A stretch of DNA of 64,000 nt from Planctomycetota bacterium (GTDB taxonomy: Bacteria; Planctomycetota; UBA1135; GCA-002686595): positions 3,417 to 67,416 of the forward strand of contig JARGPD010000003.1 of NCBI GenBank assembly GCA_029212845.1. Reading direction: 5' to 3'. Of this stretch, positions 45,716 to 55,009 are shown in pieces (the stretch's first letter is position 1; each line of letters begins with the position of its first letter). The position numbers were made by a program, and so were the translations under genes. The notes beneath the pieces are model-generated. The model had not been told where the DNA came from. It made no database searches and was given only the letters and a program-made list of their open reading frames with translations.

Positions 45716-48118
45716 ATGTGCTCGCTTCGCACGGCCTTCCTGGCCGCCACGCTGCTCACGTCCCTGTCCACCACCGCGCTAGCCAGCGACCTCGCCGATC
45801 ACCCGGTCCTCGGCAAGCTGACCTTCGACGAGCTCGAGCCCACCCGGGGCACGATCATCCAGGTCCAGCTGAGCGCCTCCGGCGACACCGAGCGCCTCGA
45901 CACGATCGGCGCCGAGCTGGCCGAGATCTTCACCGAGCTCGAACTTCGCTTCGACGAGGTCCTCGGCGGTCCGGCCGGCCTGGGGTCGAGCGACGACCGC
46001 GAGCCGATCGAGGCCGTCGTCCTCCTGGACAACGACACCTGGAACAAGGTCCGCCCCAGCACGCCGACCCCGCCCGGCGCCCACTTTGATCCCGAGCTCG
46101 GCGCGATCGTCACCTACGACCTGGCCTGGCCCGGCAGCCCGCGCTCCAAGCGCATCCGCGGCCTCCGCCGGGCGCTGGTCGCGGCGCTCTTCGACGCCCA
46201 CGGCGCCTCCCCGCCAGCCTGGCTTGCTCTGGGTGCCGAGCAGCACCTCCTGGCCGACCTCGGCGACGAGGACGCGGCCCCCGAGGCGCGCACCGAGCGC
46301 CTCTTGGCCGAGCTGCTCGAGGGCGGCTTCGAGCACGGCTTCCTCCTGCCCGTGCTCGAGCTCATGAACCTCGGTGGCAGGGCGGCCCTCTTCGAGTTCG
46401 CCAGCGCGCACACGACCGAGGTGCGCGACACCGAGCGCTGGACCGAGCGCCGCGTCGAGACCCTAGGCGAGCTCGGCGGAGCGCTCTTCGACTTCCTGGT
46501 GACCAGCGAGACCTACCGCGAGCCGCTGCTCGAGCACCTCGGTGCGAGCGTGCGCGGCGAGGCCCCCGGGCCGATGGTCACGGACCTCGAGGCGACCGAC
46601 CTCGAGGCCGCCTTCTGGGACGACCTCTTGGGCGCGGAGCGCAAGCGACGCAAGGACTTCGACCCCCGCGGGCTGGTCGCACCGGAGCTCTTCACCGAGG
46701 CGGTCGGGCGCCTCGGGCTGGACTCGGGATCGGCGGACGCGGGCGAGGAGGTCGACCCGAAGGCGAACCTGGAGATGGCCCTCTGGCAGGCCGGCCAAGG
46801 CAACCTCAAGAGCGCCCGCGCCCTGCTCGAGGCTGCCGCCGGTGATCCGGACTGCGACCGCCACCTCGTCGGCATCGCGGCCCTCGAGGACCTGCGCATG
46901 GCCTACCTCGAGCACCTCTGCAGCGCGCTCGGCGATGCCGGCAAGCTGCGCGTCGAGCACGAGGGCCGCACGGTCTCCGCCGACGTCACGCGCGTCGGCC
47001 TGCGCAGCGTGTTCCTGGCCGACAACTCGCGCGGGCTCGAGCGCGTGGCGATCGACGACCTGCCGATCGGCGACCTCGTCGAGCGCATGGAGAAGGAGAA
47101 GCCCGCCTTCGGGGACCCCGCCGCCCGGGCCTGGGCCATCGCCCTGGTCGGCGGCAAGTGGAAGCGCAGCCTGACCAACGAGCAGAAGCGCGACAAGGCG
47201 CTGAACGCCGACCTCGACGCCATCGCGGGCCTGCTCGATCGCGGCCGCATCCTCAGCGGCATCGCCACCGTCTGCGACACGCAGACCAGCACCGATGAGG
47301 TGCGCCTCGCGACGGCGGCCGAGCTGCTCGCGAGCGACGCCGACCACGAGCTGCTGCAGGCCGAGCTGTGGCGCATGACCGCCGCCTGCAAGACCCTCTT
47401 GGAGGAGACCTTCGACGCCGGGGACCCGCTCGACCTGCTGGCCGTGACACCCAAGCGCGACGGCGATCGCTTGAGCCTGACCTACGACTTCGACGAGGAG
47501 CAGCAGCTGCTCGACTGGCCGCTCGTGGCCGAGTACTCGCCCGAGTTCGTCACGCTCCTGCCCGCGCTCGAGGACAGCGCGCCCCTGCGCGAGCTCGAGC
47601 GCAAGAAGGGCGTCGGCCTCGAGGGCTCCCAGGCCTTCCAGCACCTGCTCTCGTTCGGCGGGCCCATGACCCTGACCTACGAGTTCTCCTTCGAGCGCAC
47701 CAAGAAGAAGCGCGACGCGGGCAACTACGAGGTCGACTTCCTGTTCGCCTCGATCTGCGACGACCTGGGCTACAACCACCTGCGCACCGGCCAGTTCGGC
47801 GAGCTCGACGTGGTCGACGTCGAGTCCAAGGGCAACGTGCACCTCGCCCACCCCGAGCCGCTCGACTACAAGCTCGGCCAGACCTACCGCATCGAGCTCG
47901 AGCTGCTCGGCAACGACGAGGTCGAGACGCGGCTCGACGGCAAGCGCATCTTCAACACCTCGGCCCACGGCCGCAGCCAGGGACGCGTCGCCTTCCTCCT
48001 GCACAGCGATCGCCGCGTGCACCTGCAGTCGGTCACGATCGAGGGCGTCCTGCTCGAGGACCAGAGCTCCACCCGCCGCCTGTACGTCGAGAGCCGCATG
48101 GCCGCGCTCGGCTTCTAG
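45716..48118 (+). CDS. Large secreted hypothetical protein (degenerate peptidase-MA-like N-domain, helical middle, beta-sandwich-like C-domain)
   Basis: Signal peptide ending TALA; PAWLALGAEQHL; C-terminal LTYDFDEEQQLLDW...; ends MAALGF. Confidence 0.8.
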   Translation: MCSLRTAFLAATLLTSLSTTALASDLADHPVLGKLTFDELEPTRGTIIQVQLSASGDTERLDTIGAELAEIFTELELRFDEVLGGPAGLGSSDDREPIEAVVLLDNDTWNKVRPSTPTPPGAHFDPELGAIVTYDLAWPGSPRSKRIRGLRRALVAALFDAHGASPPAWLALGAEQHLLADLGDEDAAPEARTERLLAELLEGGFEHGFLLPVLELMNLGGRAALFEFASAHTTEVRDTERWTERRVETLGELGGALFDFLVTSETYREPLLEHLGASVRGEAPGPMVTDLEATDLEAAFWDDLLGAERKRRKDFDPRGLVAPELFTEAVGRLGLDSGSADAGEEVDPKANLEMALWQAGQGNLKSARALLEAAAGDPDCDRHLVGIAALEDLRMAYLEHLCSALGDAGKLRVEHEGRTVSADVTRVGLRSVFLADNSRGLERVAIDDLPIGDLVERMEKEKPAFGDPAARAWAIALVGGKWKRSLTNEQKRDKALNADLDAIAGLLDRGRILSGIATVCDTQTSTDEVRLATAAELLASDADHELLQAELWRMTAACKTLLEETFDAGDPLDLLAVTPKRDGDRLSLTYDFDEEQQLLDWPLVAEYSPEFVTLLPALEDSAPLRELERKKGVGLEGSQAFQHLLSFGGPMTLTYEFSFERTKKKRDAGNYEVDFLFASICDDLGYNHLRTGQFGELDVVDVESKGNVHLAHPEPLDYKLGQTYRIELELLGNDEVETRLDGKRIFNTSAHGRSQGRVAFLLHSDRRVHLQSVTIEGVLLEDQSSTRRLYVESRMAALGF

Positions 48119-48173
48119 CCCACCCTCCCCCTGCTATCCTGGCGCACCGCCCCACGGCTCCCTGGAAGACCCG

Positions 48174-49652
48174 ATGCTCCGATCCATCCGCCTCGTCACC
48201 CTCTCCCTGCTGCTGGTCGTCACGGCCGCCCTCGCGGCCACCACTCCCCAAGAGGACACCCCGACGATCGCCCGCAGCGGCCCCGCCGCCGACCTCGACC
48301 TTGCCCGCCAGCTCGTGTCCAGCTCGCGCTTCGAGGACGCCCTCGAGCTGCTCGACAAGGTCGGCGCAGGGAACGCCTTGCTGCAGCGCGAGCGCGACCG
48401 GGTCGCGGGACTGATCGACCTGCGCGAGTCCTTCCTCACCAGCCTCGCCAAGGAGGCCGGGCGCTTGCGCGTTCCGATCGAGGGCAAGCATCGCAACCTC
48501 AAGGTCGAGGCCTACGAGGGTGGCGTGATCACCTTCGTGAAGAACAAGTACGAGCTCGAGTTCCTGACCATCGACGAGCTCGCCTTCGAGGACCTCGCGG
48601 GCGCCTGGAAGAGCGCCAAGGTCGAGCCGCTCGAGCTCCGCTCCTACGCCCTCGCTCTGACCGGCGACAAGTCCTGGAGCAAGCTCTGGGGTAAGGACGT
48701 GGAGCCGCCCGCCACCCACGTCGCCGACCTCGAGGATGCCGACGAGTCCGTCGCGCGCGGCGCCCGCGTCGAGGCCCTGCGCGAGCTCGAGGGTTACCTC
48801 GGCAAGGACCTCACGGCCGACGAGGGGCGCCGCGTGGTCGAGCGCTTCGAGGCGGTCTTCCAAGGCGGCAAGGTCGAGCTGGCCGAGGACGAAGACCTGC
48901 GGCGCTTCCGCACCCTGCGCGACCTGGTCACCGCCAGCCTCGAGGCTGGCTTCGGCCTGGCCGACCTCCCCAGGGTGCTGCACGCGACCAGCTCGGAGAT
49001 GCGCGGCAAGGAGCTGCTGCTGCGCTACGAGTTCGACAAGGAGAGCGAGCTCGAGGACTGGCTGCGCGACGAGGAGCACCTGGCCGACGTGCGCATGATG
49101 GGCATCCTCCAGACGCCCGAGGACCAGCACCGCATCGGCCTCGCCAACGGGGCCCTCGAGCTGCTCGGCACCAAAGGCGTGCGCTACACCCTGCCCTACC
49201 GCGGGCCGATCCGCCTGCGCTACGGCATGCAGCTGCCCGAGGTCGGCGAGGAGGGCCTCCTGTGGCAGATCCTGGTCTACCTGAACGACGACTTCGATCG
49301 GAACCACTTCGCGGTGCACTGCTTCGGCTACTGGCTCGAGCTGCTCGAGCTCGACTTCGAGTCCGAGGTCGAGCGCGACCAGGCCTACTACGAGATCGGC
49401 ACCGACTACTTCACCGAGGTCGTCGTCGACCAGAAGAGCGACATGACCGTGCGCCGCGAGGACCTGGCGGACGACCAGGCCCTGACCCTGCCCGCTCGCC
49501 GCGTGAACAAGGGCCACATCAGCATCGTCAGCCACACCGACTACGTGACCCGGGTCTCCAGCTTCGAGATCCAGGGCACCCCGGACCTCGACCAGACCCC
49601 CATCCACCGCCAGACCTGGGTCGACCTGCGCCTGGCCGAGCTCGGCTTCTAG
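48174..49652 (+). CDS. Secreted hypothetical protein, paralogous to the C-terminal part of 45716..48118
   Basis: Signal peptide; AGRLRVPIEG; LRYEFDKESELEDW; ends LAELGF. Confidence 0.8.
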   Translation: MLRSIRLVTLSLLLVVTAALAATTPQEDTPTIARSGPAADLDLARQLVSSSRFEDALELLDKVGAGNALLQRERDRVAGLIDLRESFLTSLAKEAGRLRVPIEGKHRNLKVEAYEGGVITFVKNKYELEFLTIDELAFEDLAGAWKSAKVEPLELRSYALALTGDKSWSKLWGKDVEPPATHVADLEDADESVARGARVEALRELEGYLGKDLTADEGRRVVERFEAVFQGGKVELAEDEDLRRFRTLRDLVTASLEAGFGLADLPRVLHATSSEMRGKELLLRYEFDKESELEDWLRDEEHLADVRMMGILQTPEDQHRIGLANGALELLGTKGVRYTLPYRGPIRLRYGMQLPEVGEEGLLWQILVYLNDDFDRNHFAVHCFGYWLELLELDFESEVERDQAYYEIGTDYFTEVVVDQKSDMTVRREDLADDQALTLPARRVNKGHISIVSHTDYVTRVSSFEIQGTPDLDQTPIHRQTWVDLRLAELGF

Positions 49653-49737
49653 GGCCGCCAGGCCCGCGCACGGCTCCCCAAGGGCCCATGGTCCGGTTAG
49701 ACTCTGCGCGCACCGCTCCCCCCCCAACCCACGCGTC

Positions 49738-49989
49738 ATGTCCGATCCCAGCTACAAAGCTCTCTCCCACAAGGTCGTCAAGGTCGAGGATGCCGACCAG
49801 GTCGAGCTCGTCATCGAGGGCGACAACGGCCTCACTTGGTCGTTCGGCATCCCCTTCAGCCGGGCCACCGGCCGCATCGACTTCGACGAGGTCGACGTGG
49901 TCGAGCTCGACTTCGGTGCGGAGTTCACCGAGATGGCCACCGAAGAGATCGAAGCGCTGGTCGAGAAGCTGATCGAAGAGGGCGAGTAG
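49738..49989 (+). CDS. Small acidic hypothetical protein (83 aa)
   Basis: Clean ORF with typical codon usage, same strand as and 21 bp upstream of the nitrilase gene. Confidence 0.7.
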   Translation: MSDPSYKALSHKVVKVEDADQVELVIEGDNGLTWSFGIPFSRATGRIDFDEVDVVELDFGAEFTEMATEEIEALVEKLIEEGE

Positions 49990-50010
49990 CCCCCCTCGGC
50001 CCCTAGCGCC

Positions 50011-50898
50011 ATGGACCTGCGCCTCTCGATCGCCCAGACCAACCCGGTCCTGGGGGACATCTCCAAGAACCTCGAGGAGCACCTGCGCTTGGCCCGGGCC
50101 GCTGCAGCCGATGGCGCTGACCTCGTCCTGTTCCCCGAGCTGTCCCTGACCGGGTACTTCCTGCGCGACCAGGTCTTCGACCTGGCCATGTACCTGGACG
50201 CCCCCGAGCTGAAGCCCCTGCTCGAGCTCTCGAAGGCGGTCTCGATCGTCTTTGGCATGGCCGAGCGCCACCCCGACGGGCGCTGCTTCAACAGCCTGGT
50301 GTTCCTCGAGGACGGTGAGGTGCTCGGAGTCCACCGCAAGGTGCACCTGGTCTCCTACGGCATGTTCGATGAGTCCCGCGACTTCGCCCCCGGCGAGGAG
50401 TGGAACACCATCGAGAGCCGCCTCGGTCGCTTCGGCCTGTTCCTGTGCGAGGACCTCTGGCACCTCGGCGGTCAGTACGTGCGCATCCTCGACCGCGTCG
50501 ACGCGCTCTTGGTCGCCAGCGCTGGGCCCGGCCGCGGCGTCGGGCCCCAGGACGGCGTCCAGGGCTTCGAGTCCCTCGGGACCTGGCGCACCCTGCTCTC
50601 GGCCGCCGCCATGCACAGCCTGAGCTACGTGGCCTGGGCCAACCGCGTCGGCTTCGAGGACGGCGTCGCCTTCAGCGGCGGCTCGGCCCTCTTCGGCCCC
50701 GACGGCCGCCTGCGCACCACCCTCGACGGCCTCGAGGAAGGCGAGCTGAGCGTCAGCCTGACCTCGGCCGAGCTGCACCGCGCCCGCCAGCGCACCCCAC
50801 TGTTGCGCGACGGGCGCCCCGAGCTGGTGCGCCGGGCCCTGGGCTGTGCCGGATCAACGGGCTCGGCCGACCTCGGGGCCGACACCCCCGCGAGCTAG
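50011..50898 (+). CDS. Nitrilase/carbon-nitrogen hydrolase, probable stand-alone glutaminase partner of NadE
   Basis: Glu-Lys-Cys triad motifs FPELSLTGY, HRKVHL, LCEDLWH; YGMFDESRDF; ANRVGFEDG. Confidence 0.88.
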   Translation: MDLRLSIAQTNPVLGDISKNLEEHLRLARAAAADGADLVLFPELSLTGYFLRDQVFDLAMYLDAPELKPLLELSKAVSIVFGMAERHPDGRCFNSLVFLEDGEVLGVHRKVHLVSYGMFDESRDFAPGEEWNTIESRLGRFGLFLCEDLWHLGGQYVRILDRVDALLVASAGPGRGVGPQDGVQGFESLGTWRTLLSAAAMHSLSYVAWANRVGFEDGVAFSGGSALFGPDGRLRTTLDGLEEGELSVSLTSAELHRARQRTPLLRDGRPELVRRALGCAGSTGSADLGADTPAS

Positions 50899-50900
50899 TC

Positions 50901-51725
50901 GTGAGCAACCCGCTCGACATCGACCCGGCCTTCACGACCGAGGTCCTGGTGCGCTTCCTGCGCGAGGAGCTGGCCTCGGCGGGCTTCTCCCGCGCCCTCG
51001 TCGGCCTCTCCGGCGGCATCGACTCCGCCGTCAGCCTGGCCCTGGCCGCGCGCGCCTTCGGACCCGACGAGGTCCTGGGCGTGATGATGCCCTACCGCAC
51101 CTCGAACCCCGACAGCGAGGCCCACGCGCGGCTGGTCGCCCGGGAGCTGCACGTGCCCACCCGCCGGGTCGACATCAGCGCCATGGTCGACGGCTACCTC
51201 GACCAAGAGTCCGTTCCAAGCGGCATGCGCCGCGGCAATGTGATGGCCCGCATGCGCATGGTCGTGCTCTACGACCTCTCGGAGGAGTGGCGCGGCCTCG
51301 TCATCGGCACCTCCAACAAGACCGAGATGCTGCTGGGCTACTCGACCCTGTGGGGCGACTCGGCCCACGCGGTCAACCCGCTCGGGGACCTCTACAAGCA
51401 CCAGGTCTACCAGCTCGCGCGCCACCTCGAGATCCCGACCGAGGTCGTCGACAAGCCGCCCTCGGCCGACCTCTTCGAGGGCCAGACCGACGAGGACGAG
51501 CTCGGCTTCAGCTACGCCGAGGCCGACCGCCTCTTGTACCCGATGATCGACGAGCGCCACACCGAGGACGAGCTCGTCGGGAGCGGCTTCGACCGCGACT
51601 TCATCCGCCTCGTCGCCGGTCGCATCGTCCGCAACCAGTACAAGCGCGTCATGCCCGTGATCGCCAAGCTCTCGCACCGCACGATCAACCAAGACTTCCG
51701 CTACCTGCGCGACTGGAAGTCCTGA
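50901..51725 (+). CDS. nadE: NAD+ synthetase (synthetase domain only)
   Basis: GLSGGIDSAV, GNVMARMRM, GTSNKTE, GYSTLWGD, KPPSADL..GQTDEDELG, NQYKR. Confidence 0.95.
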   Translation: MSNPLDIDPAFTTEVLVRFLREELASAGFSRALVGLSGGIDSAVSLALAARAFGPDEVLGVMMPYRTSNPDSEAHARLVARELHVPTRRVDISAMVDGYLDQESVPSGMRRGNVMARMRMVVLYDLSEEWRGLVIGTSNKTEMLLGYSTLWGDSAHAVNPLGDLYKHQVYQLARHLEIPTEVVDKPPSADLFEGQTDEDELGFSYAEADRLLYPMIDERHTEDELVGSGFDRDFIRLVAGRIVRNQYKRVMPVIAKLSHRTINQDFRYLRDWKS

Positions 51726-51801
51726 GCGGCTGAGAACAAGGCGCGGGGAGGTGACCGGCATGGCCACCTCCCCGCACTCCAGGACGGATGTTCGTCGGGC
51801 T

Positions 51802-52272
51802 CTACTCGGCTTGCAGCTGGGCGGCGAGGGCGTCGAAGTCGACGGTCGCCAGCTCGCCCTCTTGGATCGGGCCGAGGCTCTTGAACTTCTGGGCCTCCGA
51901 GTTGGAGGTCATCTCGATGTACGCACCGGTTGGCATCGAGGCCTTGACCGGGGTCGCCTTGGCGCCGAGGCCCATGTCGCCGACCACATTGGTGAGGCTG
52001 GCGGGCAGGTCCTCGGGCAGGGCCTCGCGACGCTCGAGGGCCAGCTTGGCCTTGCGGCAGACCTTCAGGGTCTTGGTCAGGTTGGCCTGGATGCGGGTCA
52101 ACCGCTCGATGTCCGGGTCGGGGCCGGCGAGGGAGCGCCGCACCTTGGTGCACGCCACGTCCAGAACGGCGATCAAGCAGTTCAGCTTGCGCATCACCTT
52201 CTCGCGGTACTCGGGGGAGTCGATCGGGTTCGACCCTTCGGGCTGCGAATGGAAGTCAGGATTCGAAGTCAT
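51802..52272 (-). CDS. Hypothetical helical protein
   Basis: ORF with coding-like composition (YREKVMRKLNCLIAVLDVAC...); start uncertain (52272 or 52329). Confidence 0.65.
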   Translation of the reverse strand: MTSNPDFHSQPEGSNPIDSPEYREKVMRKLNCLIAVLDVACTKVRRSLAGPDPDIERLTRIQANLTKTLKVCRKAKLALERREALPEDLPASLTNVVGDMGLGAKATPVKASMPTGAYIEMTSNSEAQKFKSLGPIQEGELATVDFDALAAQLQAE

Positions 52273-52442
52273 GGGACTGCTCTCTTCGAGGATGGATGGC
52301 TCGATGTGGGCGGGGTCCCACGAGGCCAATGAAGAGTACCCCGGATTCCTCGTGCGGTCGGGCTAGCCCGGGGAAAGGACCGGAAACGCCGAATTGGGTC
52401 AAGTCCGGGCCCCCACCTGGGCCCAGGGGCCCAAGAACGGGA

Positions 52443-53519
52443 CTACTTGCCCAGCTGGAGGGTCGGCAGGGCCGACTGGAGCATCCCGGAGAGCTCGGAC
52501 TGGGTCGCCTTGCCCAGGAGGATCATCCGGTGCTCGAGGACCTCGCCCCACACCACGGTCAAGGGACCGTCGACGAAGCAGCGCACGCCATCCTGGAGCT
52601 CCGGCGCGGTGCCGTCAGGGCCGCCGCTCAGGCCTCCCGTACCCGGAGGCGAGGAGGAGCTCTTGACGCCGACGCCTAGGGCGGACTCGGGCAGGCGGGG
52701 TCCGGCGTCCAGGAAGAACACGGTCTCGATCCCGTCGGTGTAGCTCAACTTGGCCCAGGTGGTCCCCAGCGCGTCGACCACCGAGGAGGCCTCGACGAAG
52801 AAGAAGCCGGACGAAGGCAGCAGCTTGGGGATGAAGGGCTGGAAGCCGAGCTGGGCCAGGGCGGGCGTGCTCGGGTCGAGCGGCTGCTCCTGGTTGCTGG
52901 GCTGATGCAGGGTCACGCCGGTCAGGTCGGGAGCCGGGTCGAAGCTCTCGTACTCCATCTTGGAGTAGGTGTGGCCCGAGGCGTCCAGCTCCCGGTAGCG
53001 CAGCACGAGCCCGGTCTCGACGTCCATGGCCAGGTCGAAGGACAGGCTGGCGTCCTTGCGCTCGATGCTGAGCTCCAGGCAGTCGCGCCCGGCCACCTGC
53101 ACCACCTGGCCGAAGCTGGTCAGCTTGTAGTTCTGCAGGAAGGCGGCCAGGTCGCGCACCAGGAAGTCCCGGTAGCGGAAGTGGAAGCCCTCGCGCGCCT
53201 TCTGCAGCAGCTGGAAGTCGCCAGCTGGCAGGGTCGCGCCCGTGATCGCGCCGAGGGGGTTGATCGCAAAGCCGCCTTGACCGTCGGTGAAGACCTCCTC
53301 GCGGTAGACGAGGTGATCGTTCTGGCCGTCGAGGTTGTAGTTGGACTCGACCCGGCGCACGCCCGAGTGGCTGACCAGGTAGGGGGCCTGCTGGATCTGG
53401 GTGATCAGGTCGACCGCACCGGAGGTGCCGTCGGTCAGGCCCGCTGACGAGCCGCAGGAGATCGAAAGGATCCCCAGGCCGAGCGCCCCGAAGAGGGCTC
53501 CCAAGCTACGCCGGATCAT
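52443..53519 (-). CDS. MucB/RseB-like periplasmic regulator (lipoprotein)
   Basis: Lipobox-like SISC; QNYKLTSFGQVVQVAGRDC...LAMDVETGLVLRY; KLSYTDGIETVFF; position directly after the sigma/anti-sigma pair. Confidence 0.78.
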   Translation of the reverse strand: MIRRSLGALFGALGLGILSISCGSSAGLTDGTSGAVDLITQIQQAPYLVSHSGVRRVESNYNLDGQNDHLVYREEVFTDGQGGFAINPLGAITGATLPAGDFQLLQKAREGFHFRYRDFLVRDLAAFLQNYKLTSFGQVVQVAGRDCLELSIERKDASLSFDLAMDVETGLVLRYRELDASGHTYSKMEYESFDPAPDLTGVTLHQPSNQEQPLDPSTPALAQLGFQPFIPKLLPSSGFFFVEASSVVDALGTTWAKLSYTDGIETVFFLDAGPRLPESALGVGVKSSSSPPGTGGLSGGPDGTAPELQDGVRCFVDGPLTVVWGEVLEHRMILLGKATQSELSGMLQSALPTLQLGK

Positions 53520-54265
53520 CGCCCACCCCCGTCGTTGACGGAGCCCGGCGGCTGGTCGCTCGCGGGTTGCACAGGGTTGACCCTGCCACCGGCGAGGCCT
53601 TCGACCAAAGACCTTGCAAAAGGATCCAGATCGTCCAGGTTCGTGACCTGGACCACCGTGAAGCTCAGGCGCTGCTCCGTGGGCGAGCCATCGAGCAGCG
53701 GCGTCACCCCCCAGACGAGCAGGACGGCGGCGGCGAGCCCCCCCAGGGAGAGGGTCAGGCGGCGGCCGCCGAGCCGGCTGGGACGCAGGTCGCGCTCGAT
53801 GCGATCGGCCAGGCCCCGCGGTCCGCGGGCACGGAACAGCCCCCCGACGAAGCGCCGCGTGACGGCGGCCTCGGGATCGGAGAGCTCCTCGTCGACGAGG
53901 CGGTCGAGCACGCTGGGCGCAGCCTTGGGGGCCAGGCTCCCGACGATTCCGGCCCAGCTAGGGCGCGGGTCGGCGGCCAGCTCGGCGGCCAGGCGGGCGC
54001 CTAGGGCAGGCGGCGCGCTCTGGCGCTCGAGACCGCGGAGCAGGGCCTCCTGGCCCGCAGCGCCGACTTCGAGGGCGTCCGCGAGCGCTGCGTCCAGCGC
54101 CAAGGGCGCCGGGTGGCGCTCGAGGCTACCGAGCAGGCCGAGCTGCAGGTCCGAACGCCGGATCCAACCACGGCAGTCCCCACAAGCGGGCGCCTCTGCA
54201 GTCCGCGAGCTCGCGAGGAGGTGCTCCTCTCGGAAGGACTCGCAGTTGTGGGGGCTTGTGGACAT
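53516..54265 (-). CDS. Putative membrane-anchored anti-sigma factor with a CxxC motif and four helical repeats
   Basis: NCESFREEH...ACGDCR; repeats of LxxLxxxxAPxxLxxxxxxxL; TM LGGLAAAVLLVWGV; directly downstream of an ECF sigma gene. Confidence 0.75.
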   Translation of the reverse strand: MSTSPHNCESFREEHLLASSRTAEAPACGDCRGWIRRSDLQLGLLGSLERHPAPLALDAALADALEVGAAGQEALLRGLERQSAPPALGARLAAELAADPRPSWAGIVGSLAPKAAPSVLDRLVDEELSDPEAAVTRRFVGGLFRARGPRGLADRIERDLRPSRLGGRRLTLSLGGLAAAVLLVWGVTPLLDGSPTEQRLSFTVVQVTNLDDLDPFARSLVEGLAGGRVNPVQPASDQPPGSVNDGGGR

Positions 54266-54279
54266 CGGTACGGGGAGGA

Positions 54280-54891
54280 CTAGCCCAGGTAGTGCTTGTG
54301 GAGGACCGGAGAGAGCTCCCGGTCCATGGCTGCGTGGGCGCGCGACAGGCGGGACTTGACCGTCCCGAGGCTGATCTGGAGGGTCTCGGCGACCTCTTCG
54401 TAGGAGAGGTTCTCGATGTAGCGCAGCACGGTGATCGTTCGCAACTTAGGCGAGAGGCGAGAGATAGCGCGCTGAACCTCGGCCTCGAGCTCGTGGCGGG
54501 AGGCGGCCTCGGGGGGCATCTCCAGGCGCTCGTCCTCGAGGTCGAAGCGGCTGCCGTCGGAGCCCTCACCGATGGCGTCGAGGGAGGCCAGGCGACGGGA
54601 GGACTGGCGCCGCTTCAGGTCGATGCTCGCGTTGATCGCGATGCGGTAGACCCAGCTGGAGAAGCGCGACTGGAAGCGGAAGTCGCCGACCTTGCGGAAG
54701 AGGATCCCGAAGGTCTCCTGGGAGGCGTCCAGGGCATCCGACGCGTTGCCGGTCACCCGGTAGCAGACGTTGTAGACCCGGTCCTTGTAGCGGTCGTAGA
54801 GGTCCCGGAACGGGCCCTCGAGCCCCGTGAGGGGGGCTTCTTGGCACGAGCGGACCAAGGTCTGGTCGGGATCTAGCTTGGGGGCAGCCAT
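54280..54891 (-). CDS. ECF RNA polymerase sigma factor (RpoE/SigW-like)
   Basis: FRDLYDRYKDRVYNVCYR..DALDASQETF..FSSWVYRIAIN; LSYEEVAETLQISLGTVKSRLSRA. Confidence 0.95.
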   Translation of the reverse strand: MAAPKLDPDQTLVRSCQEAPLTGLEGPFRDLYDRYKDRVYNVCYRVTGNASDALDASQETFGILFRKVGDFRFQSRFSSWVYRIAINASIDLKRRQSSRRLASLDAIGEGSDGSRFDLEDERLEMPPEAASRHELEAEVQRAISRLSPKLRTITVLRYIENLSYEEVAETLQISLGTVKSRLSRAHAAMDRELSPVLHKHYLG

Positions 54892-54903
54892 GTTCGCGTC
54901 TAG

Positions 54904-54929
54904 GACGCAGCATTCCGGGTGCGAGTTCC
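54904..54929 (-). promoter_or_regulatory. Candidate ECF autoregulatory promoter GGAACT-N16-CGTC
   Basis: The minus strand reads GGAACT cgcacccggaatgctg CGTC, ending 12 nt before the sigma-factor ATG. Confidence 0.65.
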
Positions 54930-54961
54930 GGCCATGTGCCCAAACAATGCCATTAATGAAC

Positions 54962-54983
54962 AAGTGCCCCTGCTGGGGCACTT
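54962..54983 (-). terminator. Hairpin AAGTGCCCC-N4-GGGGCACTT, probable terminator of 55010..55912
   Basis: Perfect 9-bp stem about 25 nt after the stop, followed by T-rich GTTCATT on the minus strand. Confidence 0.55.
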
Positions 54984-55009
54984 CGGGGCGGCCCTGGTAG
55001 ACCGCGGGC

